Below are positions 41,277-55,393 of a stretch of 64,000 nucleotides of DNA, piece after piece. Under the pieces are notes generated by a model. The model saw nothing but the letters and a program-made list of their open reading frames with translations, searched no databases and had not been told where the DNA came from. Each line of letters starts with the position of its first letter. The stretch's first letter is position 1. The stretch is from Burkholderiales bacterium (GTDB lineage: Bacteria; Pseudomonadota; Gammaproteobacteria; Burkholderiales; SG8-39): positions 3,927-67,926 of the forward strand of contig JBFFEY010000011.1 in assembly GCA_041558415.1 (NCBI GenBank), written 5' to 3'. Position numbers and translations under genes: made by a program.

Positions 41277-41486
41277 CTACGCGGATTTGGCGAGCCGGTC
41301 GAAATGCCCCACCGCCGGCGGCGCCGCACGGAACGGCTCGACGATCGCCCGCCATGCCTGGCACGCGGCCGAGCCGCGAAAGCCCTTGGCCCTCGCGATC
41401 GCCGTCTCGACGCTCTTCCTGATCGCCGCGTCGAATTCGGCCTGCTGGCCCGGCGGGATGCGGATGTCGGCGAGCTCGAGCATCAT
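41277..41486 (-). pseudogene. Antibiotic biosynthesis monooxygenase (ABM) family gene with apparent in-frame internal deletion (69 aa)
   Basis: MMLELADIRIPPGQQAEFDAAI...AKGFRG joins directly to S....WRAIVEPF.APP.VGHF. The central 'ESPERY.L.I.W.TLE.H' segment I expect in this subfamily is absent. Confidence 0.6.
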
Positions 41487-41497
41487 GGTCCTGCCTG

Positions 41498-42475
41498 TCA
41501 AAGCCCTTCGAACAGCGGCGTCGACATGTAGCGCTCGGCGGTCGACGGCGCGAAGCACACCACGGTCTTGCCCTTGTTTTCCGCGCGCGCCGCCACCTGC
41601 AGCGCGGCATGGATGATCGCGCCCGAGGAGATGCCCACCGGGATGCCGTCTAGCTTGGCCACCTTGCGCGCCATGGCGAAGGCCTCCTCGTTGGCCACGG
41701 CAATCACCTCGTCGATCAGCTTGGTGTCGAGGATATCGGGCACGAAGCCCGCGCCCAGGCCCTGCAGCGCGTGCGGCCCCGGCTGCCCGCCCGACAGCAC
41801 CGCGCTGTCCTTGGGCTCGACCGCGACGATCTTGAGCGCCTTGTTTCGCGGCTTGAGCACCTCGCCGCAGCCGGTCAGCGTGCCGCCGGTGCCGACGCCG
41901 GAGACGAGGATGTCAACCTTGCCGCCGGTGTCGGCCCAGATTTCCTCGGCGGTCGTACGGCGGTGAATCTCGGGGTTGGCCGGGTTGCCGAACTGCCAGG
42001 GCATCACCGAATTCGGAATCTCTTTCAACAGCTTGTTCGCCGCGTCGATCGCGCCCTGCAGGCGCTGCTCCTTCGGCGTCAGCACCATCTCCGCGCCGAG
42101 CAGCGCGAACATCTTGCGGCGCTCGACCGACATCGACTCCGGCATGGTCAGGATGCAGCGGTAGCCGCGCGCCGCGCACACGAAGGCGAGCGCGATGCCG
42201 GTGTTGCCGGAGGTCGGCTCGACGATCACCGAGCCCGGGCCGATCTTGCCCTCGGCCTCGAGCGCCTCGATCATCGAAAGCCCGATGCGGTCCTTCACGC
42301 TGAGCAGCGGGTTGAGGTACTCGAGCTTGACCAGCACCTGCGCGACCGCGCCGACTTCCTGTGCCACCCGATTGAGACGCACCAGCGGCGTATTGCCGAT
42401 CACCTCGGCGATGGAGTCGTAGACGCGCTTGCGGAGCGGTCCGTCCAGCTTGAGTGGTTTCGGCTTTGCGGCCAT
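41498..42475 (-). CDS. cysK: Cysteine synthase A
   Basis: IGNTPLVRL, SVKDRIG (PLP Lys), EPTSGNTGIALA, GVGTGGT, QGLGAGF. Start ATG 42475. Confidence 0.95.
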   Translation of the reverse strand: MAAKPKPLKLDGPLRKRVYDSIAEVIGNTPLVRLNRVAQEVGAVAQVLVKLEYLNPLLSVKDRIGLSMIEALEAEGKIGPGSVIVEPTSGNTGIALAFVCAARGYRCILTMPESMSVERRKMFALLGAEMVLTPKEQRLQGAIDAANKLLKEIPNSVMPWQFGNPANPEIHRRTTAEEIWADTGGKVDILVSGVGTGGTLTGCGEVLKPRNKALKIVAVEPKDSAVLSGGQPGPHALQGLGAGFVPDILDTKLIDEVIAVANEEAFAMARKVAKLDGIPVGISSGAIIHAALQVAARAENKGKTVVCFAPSTAERYMSTPLFEGL

Positions 42476-42638
42476 GGCAGTCTCGCTTCCTGTTTGGTTT
42501 CGGACGTTATTGCGGGCTTGACCCGCGATAGTACCGCGATTGCGATGCGCGGCGCAGCGCGCACCGCTCGCAAAACCCGCGCCGATGCGGCAGACTTGCG
42601 CCGCCCTTTTTACCCAAGACCACGATGAAAGAGCAGAC

Positions 42639-43595
42639 ATGAAAGCGGCCATGATCGTCGAAACCGCGAACGCCACTGCGCTCGAAATGCGCGAGGCCCC
42701 CACGCCCGAGCCGGGCCCGCAGCAGCTGCTGCTGCGCGTCAAGGCGAGCTCGCTAAACCGCGGCGAGCTGCTGCCCAGCGGCAAGCCCGGTGCGCGCCCG
42801 GGCGGCGTCGAGGCGGTCGGCGAAGTCGCTGCGCTCGGCAAGGGCGTCAAGGGCCTCGCCGAGGGCGCGCGCATCATGGCGCGCTGCAAGGGCGGCTTTG
42901 CGGAATACGCGCTGGTCGACGCCGGCGAGGCGATCGTCATTCCGGATCGGCTCTCCTGGGAGCAGTCCGCGGCAGTGCCGATCGTGTTCCTCGTCGCCTA
43001 CGACATGCTCGTGCCCTACGGCCGCGTGCAGCGCGGCGACTGGGTGCTCGTCACCGCGGTGTCTTCGGGCGTCGGCGTGGCGAGCCTGCAGCTCGCCAAG
43101 GCGCTGGGTGCGCGCGTCATCGGCACCTCGGGCTCGCCGCAAAAGCTCGAGCGGTTGCGCGCCCTGGGGCTCGACGCCGGCGTCGCCACGGCCGGCGAAC
43201 TCGCTGCCGAGGGGATGCGCATCACCGACGGGCACGGCGCCGACCTCTCCATCAACAACGTCGGCGGCAGCGTGTTCCCGCAGCTGGTGCGTGCCGCGGC
43301 CTACCGTGGGCGCATCGCCATCGTCGGCTACGTCGACGGCGCACTCGAGGCGCCGCTCGACCTCAGCGCCGTGCACTCGAACCGGCTCGAGATCTTCGGC
43401 GTCAGCAATCGGCTGAGAAGCGCCGCCGAGCGCGCCGAGACCGTTGCCGGCTTCACCCGCGACTGCCTGTCATGGTTCGCCGACGGCAGCATCCAGCCGC
43501 TGGTCGACAAGGTGTTCGCGTTCGACGCGCTGGCCGAGGCAAAAGCCTACTTCGACCGTAACGCCCACGTCGGCAAGGTGGTGTTGCGGCTGTAG
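42639..43595 (+). CDS. Zinc-independent NADPH:quinone oxidoreductase (MDR family)
   Basis: SLNRGE, TAVSSGVG, HVGKVVL. Start ATG 42639. Confidence 0.88.
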   Translation: MKAAMIVETANATALEMREAPTPEPGPQQLLLRVKASSLNRGELLPSGKPGARPGGVEAVGEVAALGKGVKGLAEGARIMARCKGGFAEYALVDAGEAIVIPDRLSWEQSAAVPIVFLVAYDMLVPYGRVQRGDWVLVTAVSSGVGVASLQLAKALGARVIGTSGSPQKLERLRALGLDAGVATAGELAAEGMRITDGHGADLSINNVGGSVFPQLVRAAAYRGRIAIVGYVDGALEAPLDLSAVHSNRLEIFGVSNRLRSAAERAETVAGFTRDCLSWFADGSIQPLVDKVFAFDALAEAKAYFDRNAHVGKVVLRL

Positions 43596-43599
43596 CCGC

Positions 43600-44208
43600 T
43601 CAGTCGGCGCGCTGCGCGATCGCCTCCTCCAGGTCACGCAGCCGGTCCTTGCCGAAGTACATGTCGTCGCCGACGTAGAAGGTCGGCGCGCCGAAGGTGC
43701 CGCGCGCCACCGACGCCTCGGTGTTCCTGAGCAGCGCGTCCTTCACGTCTTGGTCCTGGATGCGCGCCAGGATATGCGCCGCGTCGAGCCCGGATTCCTC
43801 CAGCGCCGCGCGGATCACCGCAGGGTCGTCCATCTTTTTCGGCGCTTCCCACATGTGGTGGAACACCGCGTCGACGTAAGGCATCAGATTGCCGTCCAAC
43901 TGCGCGACGATCGCGCCGCGCATGATGCTCACCGTGTTCACCGGAAAGTGCGGGTTCCACTGGAACTGCGTCAGACCGTGCTTCTCGATGAAGCGCCGCA
44001 TCTCGAGGCGCTGGTACTCGAGCTTGTTCTTCACGTCCTTGAACTGCACCATCGGCGCGACGTTGTGGGTCAGCTTGAACACGCCGCCGAGCAGGATCGG
44101 CACGTAGACGAAGGCCGCGCCGCTGCGCTGCTCGATGCCGAGAATCAGCTTGTGGGCGAGGTAGGCGTTCGGGCTGCCGAAATCGAAATGGAATTCCACC
44201 TGTGTCAT
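43600..44208 (-). CDS. 2-hydroxychromene-2-carboxylate isomerase / DsbA-like (GST-kappa) protein
   Basis: FHFDFGSPNAY, ILLGGVF, FPVNT, GTFGAPTF, FGKDRL. Confidence 0.88.
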   Translation of the reverse strand: MTQVEFHFDFGSPNAYLAHKLILGIEQRSGAAFVYVPILLGGVFKLTHNVAPMVQFKDVKNKLEYQRLEMRRFIEKHGLTQFQWNPHFPVNTVSIMRGAIVAQLDGNLMPYVDAVFHHMWEAPKKMDDPAVIRAALEESGLDAAHILARIQDQDVKDALLRNTEASVARGTFGAPTFYVGDDMYFGKDRLRDLEEAIAQRAD

Positions 44209-44238
44209 GCGCGCCTCCGTGACCGCAACGGCACCAGC

Positions 44239-44959
44239 CTACCAGCGTTCCATCCAGGGCCGCAGGTCGAGCTCGAAGGTCCAGGCGTCGCGCGGCTGGC
44301 AGTGCAGCTGCCAGTAGGCCTCGGCGATGTGCTCGGGATTGACGATGCCGTCCTCGTCCTTGAGTGCGTAGCGCTCGGGAAAGTTCTCGCGGATGAAGGC
44401 GGTGTCGATCGCGCCGTCGATCACCACGTGCGCGACGTGGATGTTCTTCGGCCCGAGCTCGCGCGCCAGGCTCTGCGCGAGCGCGCGCAGCGCGTGCTTC
44501 GCGCCGGCGAAGGCGGCGTAGTGAGCCGAGCCGCGCAGGCTCGCCGTGGCGCCGGTGAAGAGCATCGTGCCGCGGCCGCGCACCGCCATGCGCCGGGCCG
44601 CCTCGCGCCCGGTGAGAAAGCCCGCGAACGCCGCCATCTCCCAGATCTTGAAGTACTTGCGCGCGGTCTCGTCGAGGATCGAAGACGGCACGTTGGCGCC
44701 GACATTGAAGACGAAGACCTCGATCGGCCCGACCTCGCGCTCGACCGTTTCGAACAGCTCGACGACCTGCTCTTCGCGCCGCGCGTCGCTGCCGAAGGCG
44801 CGCGCGCGGCCACCCGCGGCTTCGATTTGCGCAACCAGCGGCGCGATCGCCTGCGCACTGCGTCGCGTCACGCAGGCGGTGTAGCCCTCGCGCGCGAAGC
44901 GCCGCGCCACCGCACCGCCGGTGGCGTCGCCGGCGCCGATGACCAGCGCCACGCCTTTG

Positions 44960-44967
<8 letters not shown>
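44239..44967 (-). CDS. SDR family oxidoreductase (atypical)
   Basis: GAGDATG, FNVGAN, TGATASLRG, VAHVVIDG. Confidence 0.88.
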
Positions 44968-50053
<5,086 letters not shown>

Positions 50054-50182
50054 GCCCTCCCCCAACAAAACGCGTGATCGCGCAGTGTAACCCCACGCCC
50101 GATCAATCCGGCGTGGCGCGCGCGATCTGCGCTATGCTTCGCTGCCGCACGCGGTGCGGCCAACCACCACAACAGGAACCCC

Positions 50183-50851
50183 ATGAAGAAAATCGCAGCC
50201 GCCCTCGCGGCCGGGCTCGCGCTGGGCAGCGCCAGTGCGGCCGAACTGAGCGAAGAGCAGAAAACCTTCTACGCGCTGGGCCAGGTGCTGGCGCGCAACG
50301 TTTCGACGTTCAGCCTGACGCGCGCCGAGCTCGACGCCGTGCAGCAGGGCTTTCGCGACGGCGTGCTCGGCGCGAAGAGCGCGGTCGACATGAACGTCTA
50401 CGGACCGAAGATCCAGCCGCTGGCGACCGCGCGCCAGGCCGCGGTCGCCGAAAAATCGGCCGCAGCCGGCAAGGCGCAGCTCGCCAAGGCGGCGCAAGAA
50501 AAAGGCGCGCTGAAGGCACAAAGCGGACTCGTCTACCTCGCGCTGCGCGAGGGCAAGGGCGCCAAGCCGGCGGCGACCGACACCGTCCGCGTGCACTACC
50601 GCGGCACGCTGATCGACGGCACCGAGTTCGACAGCTCCTACAAGCGCAAGGAACCGACCGAGTTCCCGCTAAACGGCGTCATCCCCTGCTGGACCGAGGG
50701 CGTGCAGATGATGAAGGTCGGCGGCAAGGCGCGCCTGACCTGCCCGCCGGAAACGGCCTACGGCGAGCGCGGCGCCGGCGGCGTGATCCCGCCCAACGCG
50801 ACGCTCACCTTCGAGGTCGAACTGCTGGAGATCAAGCAGGCCGCCAAGTAG
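50183..50851 (+). CDS. FKBP-type peptidyl-prolyl isomerase (FkpA/Mip-like, exported)
   Basis: Signal peptide, VHYRGTLIDGTEFDSS, VIPCWTEG, AYGERG, IPPNATL.FEVELL. Confidence 0.95.
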   Translation: MKKIAAALAAGLALGSASAAELSEEQKTFYALGQVLARNVSTFSLTRAELDAVQQGFRDGVLGAKSAVDMNVYGPKIQPLATARQAAVAEKSAAAGKAQLAKAAQEKGALKAQSGLVYLALREGKGAKPAATDTVRVHYRGTLIDGTEFDSSYKRKEPTEFPLNGVIPCWTEGVQMMKVGGKARLTCPPETAYGERGAGGVIPPNATLTFEVELLEIKQAAK

Positions 50852-50869
50852 CAACGCCTGCGGTGGCCG

Positions 50870-51595
50870 CTACGAGGTCGCGCGCGCAACGTAGATCGTG
50901 TTCGCGGCCTCGTACCCGGTGTACGGGTTGTCGAAGTGCACGACATGCGTCTGCGAGGACACGAAGACTTGGGCGAGCGCGCTCTCGAATTCGGCATCCG
51001 GCGGCTCGTTCGACCACAGTGCAAACACGCCGCCCGGATTAAGGTGGCGGGAAGCCGCCCGCAGGCCTGCGGGCGCGTAGAACGGGCCGCGCCGCGCATC
51101 GAGCACGTGGCGCGGCGAATGATCGACATCGAGCAGCACGGCATCGAAGCGGCGCGCGGCGTCCTCCGGATCCAGGCCGCCCTGCGCCGCGCCTGCCAGC
51201 GCAAAGAAATCGCCCTGCAGCAGGCGACAGCGCGGATCGGCGCACAATTGCCCGCCCAGCGGCACAAGCCCTTTGCGGTGCCAGCCGAGCACCGGGGCGA
51301 GCAGCTCGATCACCAGCAGCGAGCGCACGGACGGTTTCCCGAGCACCGCCGCGGCGGTGTAGCCCAGTCCGAGCCCGCCGACGACGACATCCGGATGCGC
51401 CGCGCGCACGGCGGCGAGGCCATGCTCGGCAAGCGCGACCTCGCCCGCCGTGAAGCGGCTCGACATGAGGAAGTCGTCGCCGAGCTTCACTTCAAGAAGC
51501 GGTTCGCCTCCCAGGACGGGGTCGCGGCGCCGGCGCAGCACCAGCTCGCCGAGCGGCGTGCGGCAGTAGTCGAGCTCCTCGAATTCCGTCGTCAA
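50870..51595 (-). CDS. Spermidine-synthase-like SAM-binding protein
   Basis: TPLGELVLRRR, FLMSS, VVVGGLGLGYT, LLDVDHSP, GGVFALWS. Start uncertain (TTG 51595). Confidence 0.8.
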   Translation of the reverse strand: MTTEFEELDYCRTPLGELVLRRRRDPVLGGEPLLEVKLGDDFLMSSRFTAGEVALAEHGLAAVRAAHPDVVVGGLGLGYTAAAVLGKPSVRSLLVIELLAPVLGWHRKGLVPLGGQLCADPRCRLLQGDFFALAGAAQGGLDPEDAARRFDAVLLDVDHSPRHVLDARRGPFYAPAGLRAASRHLNPGGVFALWSNEPPDAEFESALAQVFVSSQTHVVHFDNPYTGYEAANTIYVARATS

Positions 51596-51609
51596 ACGGG
51601 CCGCGGTAT

Positions 51610-51999
51610 TCAGACCTTCGGCCGATCGAGCAGGATCTTGTAGGCGCGCAGCACCGTGCCGCCCGGCCAGGAGAGCTCGACCAGCAGATCGACGGCCGGC
51701 TCGTTGACCGAATGCCTGCCCTTGATGAGGATCACCGGCTTGCCCTCGACCGTGACGACCGAAACCTGCGCGCCCGCGACCGCGGGCTGCAGGGTCATTC
51801 CGGCCTTCTCGTAATCCTCGAGCGACGCGATACGCGCATTGAACAGCTCCTCGCCGCGCTTGAGCGCCACCAACGGGATCTCGCCCTGCAGCGGCTGGCC
51901 CAGCTTGGAGGTTACGCGCAGCTCGCCCAAGCCAGCCGCCTGCGCGAGCCACGGCCCCAGCAGCAGCAGGCCGGCCAGCATCAGGGCCCGCAGCATCAT
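51610..51999 (-). CDS. Exported protein consisting only of a FimV N-terminal domain
   Basis: Signal peptide then AGLGELRVTSKLGQPL...VNEPAVDLLVELSWPGG.VLR.YKILLDRP, matching the N-terminus of the FimV in this window (AGLGTLRVLSALGEPL...VNEPFLEMLIELEWAGGRLVREYTVLLDPP). Confidence 0.85.
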   Translation of the reverse strand: MMLRALMLAGLLLLGPWLAQAAGLGELRVTSKLGQPLQGEIPLVALKRGEELFNARIASLEDYEKAGMTLQPAVAGAQVSVVTVEGKPVILIKGRHSVNEPAVDLLVELSWPGGTVLRAYKILLDRPKV

Positions 52000-52107
52000 C
52001 GATTTGCGCACGATTCCACCCCGCGTTCTTGTTCGATCCGCGTAACACTACGGCGAGGCGCAGCGAATCTCAAGCGCTTGCCGGCCCGCGGCGTGACGTA
52101 TGACCGC

Positions 52108-52881
52108 TCAGGCCGCAGCCTGCCAGGCGATCCAGGCGCCCCAGGCGACGAGCAGCACGCCGCCCGCCTTGCCCAGACGCCCGCCCGCCGGCACGACCTT
52201 CTCGATGAGCACGAACAGCGCCAGCGCCGCGACCCAGAGCAGGTTCATCACGCCGCCGACGAACAGCAGCGCCATGAGCGCCCAGCAGCAGCCGGTGCAG
52301 AAGGCGCCGTGGCGCAGCCCCATCACCAGCGCGCCGCGCGCGCCGTCGCGCCACTCGGTCATGATGAAGCCGATCGGGCTGCGGCACTTGTCGAGGCAGA
52401 CGTCCTTGAGCGGCGCGAACTGGAACAGGCCCGCGCCGACGAGCAGCGCCGCGCCGAGCCAGGGCGCGGCCTTGCCAATCATCGGCGAGACGAGCGCGGC
52501 ACGCTCGAGCCCGTACTGCGCGCTGGTCGCGAGCAGGCTGAAGGCGGCCCAGACCAGCAGGTAGCCAGCGATGAATACGCCCGTCGACACCATGCTGCCG
52601 CCCTGTGCCTGCCGACGACGCTGGATCGCCGCAAACGTCAGGATCATCGGCGCGGCCGACGGCAGCATCATCGCCACCATCATGACGAACCACATGACGA
52701 CCATGAAGGCGAACATCCCCGCGCTCCACGCCTGCAGCTGCGGCATCGCCATGCCACCGCCCGACATGTCTATGCTGCGCGCGAGGTAAGCCGTATAGCC
52801 CCAGGCAAGCAGCACGATGAGAACGAGAGCTGCGCCGACCGTCAGGCGGTCGCGCTTGAGCAGGGCTTCGACGTGCGTCAT
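52108..52881 (-). CDS. DUF2182-like predicted metal-binding integral membrane protein
   Basis: MMVAMMLPS, LKDVCLDKCRSP, GAFCTGCCWALM.LLFVGGVMNL.W. Start ATG 52881. Confidence 0.85.
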   Translation of the reverse strand: MTHVEALLKRDRLTVGAALVLIVLLAWGYTAYLARSIDMSGGGMAMPQLQAWSAGMFAFMVVMWFVMMVAMMLPSAAPMILTFAAIQRRRQAQGGSMVSTGVFIAGYLLVWAAFSLLATSAQYGLERAALVSPMIGKAAPWLGAALLVGAGLFQFAPLKDVCLDKCRSPIGFIMTEWRDGARGALVMGLRHGAFCTGCCWALMALLFVGGVMNLLWVAALALFVLIEKVVPAGGRLGKAGGVLLVAWGAWIAWQAAA

Positions 52882-52909
52882 GCGCAAGCGCCCAGCAGCT
52901 GCAGGCTGG

Positions 52910-53386
52910 CTATTTTTTCGCCTGCGCCTCGAGGAAGTTGACCATGCGCACCACGTCGGTCGCCTCGACGCGGCCAATGGGCCCGGAGCTGTAGGTCGCA
53001 CTCAGAACCTTGCCGCCCTGCCCAATGAGGAACTCCGAGGGCTGGATGACCTGGCGCTTGTCCTCCCACCAGGAACCCAGCTGCTCGGCCTGCGCGCGCG
53101 TCACGCCGTAGCCCACAGGGAAGCTGAGCGCGGCAGCCACTTCCTTCGCCTTGTCGAGCGGATCGACGCTCGCCGCGAAGACTTTGACGCCCGCCGCAGT
53201 GAGCTGCGCCTTCCAGAATTCGAAGCCGGCCAACTGCCGGCGGCAGTACGGTCACCAGTGCCCGCGGTAGAACAGGATGACCTTGTACTTGGCGTCGATT
53301 CCGTCGGGCAGCTCGAGCGTGCTGCCGTCGACCAGGCTTAGCGTCATCTTCGGAAAGACGTCGCCGGTGTTCAGCTTTTGCGCCAT
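52910..53386 (-). CDS. Selenocysteine-containing peroxiredoxin-like (AhpC/TSA, UxxC) protein, 158 aa, Sec45
   Basis: ATG 53386 with SD GGGAGGG. MAQKLNTGDVFP...VILFYRGHW-(TGA 53254-53252)-PYCRRQL continues in frame into the ORF-track fragment 52910-53233. SECIS-like hairpin follows; adjacent to selC. Confidence 0.9.
53225..53254 (-). promoter_or_regulatory. Putative bacterial SECIS element (peroxiredoxin)
   Basis: UGA-CCGUACUGCC-[GCCGGC-AGUUG-GCCGGC]. Confidence 0.7.
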
Positions 53387-53413
53387 CGCCTCACCCTCCC
53401 GATGCGCATGATA

Positions 53414-53509
53414 TGGCGGAAAAGAGTGGGAGTCGAACCCACCAGGGACGTCTGACGCCCCTCACTGGATTTGAAGTCCAGGCGCCCCACCGGGGTGCGA
53501 TTCTCTTCC
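53414..53509 (-). tRNA. selC: tRNA-Sec (anticodon UCA), 96 nt
   Basis: 8-bp acceptor stem GGAAGAGA/UCUUUUCC, discriminator G plus CCA, anticodon arm CUGGA-CUUCAAA-UCCAG, long variable arm AGGGGCG-UCAGA-CGUCCCU, T arm GUGGG-UUCGACU-CCCAC. Confidence 0.97.
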
Positions 53510-55393
53510 GTGCTGGTCGCGCTGCAGCACGTGCGCATCGCCCTTGCGTCGGGTGAATTTTATCCGGTCGAAGAACTCGAGCACCTCGATCGTGAGGTTG
53601 CGCCCGATGCCCGAGCGGTCGCGGAACGCCGCCGCGGTGATCGCGCCGCTGGCGTGCGCCTCCTCTTCCGCGAGTTGTTCGAGACGGCGCAGTGCCGCAG
53701 GCAGGAAGAAGCGCGTTTTCGAAACGCGCACCAGCAAACCCTGACGCTCGAGACGTGACAGCGCGGCCTCGAGTCTGCGCGGATCGGTCGCGAGCGTTGC
53801 GGCCAGCTCGACGACGCTCGGCGCACGCAAGGCGCTCGATGCGAGCAGCGGTTCGACCTTCTGCCACAGCGCGGCATCGGCGGCGCTGAGCTGAATCCGA
53901 TGCTCCGCCAGACGCAGGCCCGCGCCGTCACGCACGACCCTGCCCTCGCTCACCAGCGACTCGATGAGCGTCGTCAGCGCCGCGCGCGGCAGGCGCAGGC
54001 CGCTGCCCTCGAGCAGGCGGGATTCCGGCGGACCGGCGCTGTCCGGCGCCCGGCGGTGCCAGGCGGTGAGCGCTTCGAGCGCCTTGGCGCGCAGCGCATC
54101 CCAGTGCGCCGGTGAAAAACCCCAGTCGCCGGCGCGCTGTACGGGCAAGCGCTCGGCCAGCGCCACGGCGGCGGCTGGCGTCAGGTTGCGATTCATCGCG
54201 AAGCGCGTCAGGTCGACGCCCTCGGCTGCCTGCGCCAGCAACGCCCCGAGCGCCGCGGCGGGATCGTCGAGCACCTGCGCGGCGAGCGCGGCGAGGCGCT
54301 CGGGCCGCGCCCGGCCGCGCGCCGGCGGAAAGACGTCGATCACGCGACCGCCGGCGAGCGTGCGCCGCGCGGACTGGTCGCGCAGGATGAAGCCGTCGCC
54401 GAACAGCGCGCCGAGTGGGCGGTCGAGCACGAGCTGCACCAGGCCCGCGGCGCCCGGCGCGATGCTGTCGCCCTCGAGCAGCGCGACGCGGCCGATGACG
54501 TTGGCGGCGCCGAGGTGGACGTGCACCGGCGTCCAGTGCGCGAGCGGCTTTGCCTCGTCCGCCAGCACGCGCAACCGCGCGTCGAACTTGCGCACCGCCG
54601 CAGGCACGTCGCCGGCGACGATCCAGTCGCCCCGCTCGATCGCCGTCTTATCGCCGAGCCCGGCGAGATTGAGCGCACAACGCTGCCCCGCAACGCCCCG
54701 CTGCGCCGCCGCGTTCTGCGCATGGATCGCGCGCACGCGCGCCGACTGTCCCGCGAGCAGCGCACGCACCGCGTCGCCGACGCGGATTGCGCCGCTCACG
54801 ACCGTGCCGGTCACGACCAGGCCGGCGCCGGCAATGGTGAAGGTGCGGTCGACCGCGAGGCGGAAGTTGCCCTCGTCTGTCCGCGGCCGCAGCGCCTGCG
54901 CCGCCGCTTGCAGATGCGCCTTCAGCGCGGCGACGCCGTGACCGCCGAGGCTCGAGAGCGGAAACACGGGCGCGGCGCGCAGAGCGGTCGGCGCGAGCAG
55001 CGCGGCGAGCAGCGCCTTGACTTCGGCCACGCGCGCGTCGCTCACGCGATCGATCTTGGTGAGCGCCACCGCGCCCTGTGATACCCCCAGCAGGTCGAGG
55101 ATCGCCAGGTGCTCGCGCGTCTGCGGCATCGGCCCGTCGTCGGCGGCGACGACGAGCAGCGCAAAGTCGATGCCCGCGACGCCGGACAGCATGTTGTGCA
55201 CGAAGCGCTCGTGGCCGGGCACGTCGACGAAGCCGATCGTCTGCGCGTCGTCCACGGGGAGGTAAGCGAAGCCGAGGTCGATCGTCAGGCCGCGCTTTTT
55301 CTCCTCCGGCAGGCGATCGGTGTCGACGCCGGTGAGCGCGCGCACCAGGCTGGTCTTGCCGTGGTCGACGTGGCCCGCCGTGGCGACGATCAC
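53462..55393 (-). CDS. selB: Selenocysteine-specific elongation factor
   Basis: [31 protein letters not shown]; C-terminal winged helix [24 protein letters not shown] start overlaps the selA stop; last 16 codons lie inside selC. Confidence 0.97.
   Translation of the reverse strand: MIVATAGHVDHGKTSLVRALTGVDTDRLPEEKKRGLTIDLGFAYLPVDDAQTIGFVDVPGHERFVHNMLSGVAGIDFALLVVAADDGPMPQTREHLAILDLLGVSQGAVALTKIDRVSDARVAEVKALLAALLAPTALRAAPVFPLSSLGGHGVAALKAHLQAAAQALRPRTDEGNFRLAVDRTFTIAGAGLVVTGTVVSGAIRVGDAVRALLAGQSARVRAIHAQNAAAQRGVAGQRCALNLAGLGDKTAIERGDWIVAGDVPAAVRKFDARLRVLADEAKPLAHWTPVHVHLGAANVIGRVALLEGDSIAPGAAGLVQLVLDRPLGALFGDGFILRDQSARRTLAGGRVIDVFPPARGRARPERLAALAAQVLDDPAAALGALLAQAAEGVDLTRFAMNRNLTPAAAVALAERLPVQRAGDWGFSPAHWDALRAKALEALTAWHRRAPDSAGPPESRLLEGSGLRLPRAALTTLIESLVSEGRVVRDGAGLRLAEHRIQLSAADAALWQKVEPLLASSALRAPSVVELAATLATDPRRLEAALSRLERQGLLVRVSKTRFFLPAALRRLEQLAEEEAHASGAITAAAFRDRSGIGRNLTIEVLEFFDRIKFTRRKGDAHVLQRDQHGRESHPGGAPGLQIQ

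Noticed and set aside
1353-42940. Long N-terminal extensions in the ORF track (metZ, cvpA, folC, truA, leuD, der, bamB, ispG, rlmN, accA, cysK and others)
   Set aside because: They overlap upstream genes or leaders and lack family similarity; starts were reassigned to downstream codons with SD or overlap support.
53414-53509. tRNA-Sec as a prophage or genomic-island integration site
   Set aside because: No integrase, no duplicated tRNA 3' end and no evident compositional shift seen in the window.
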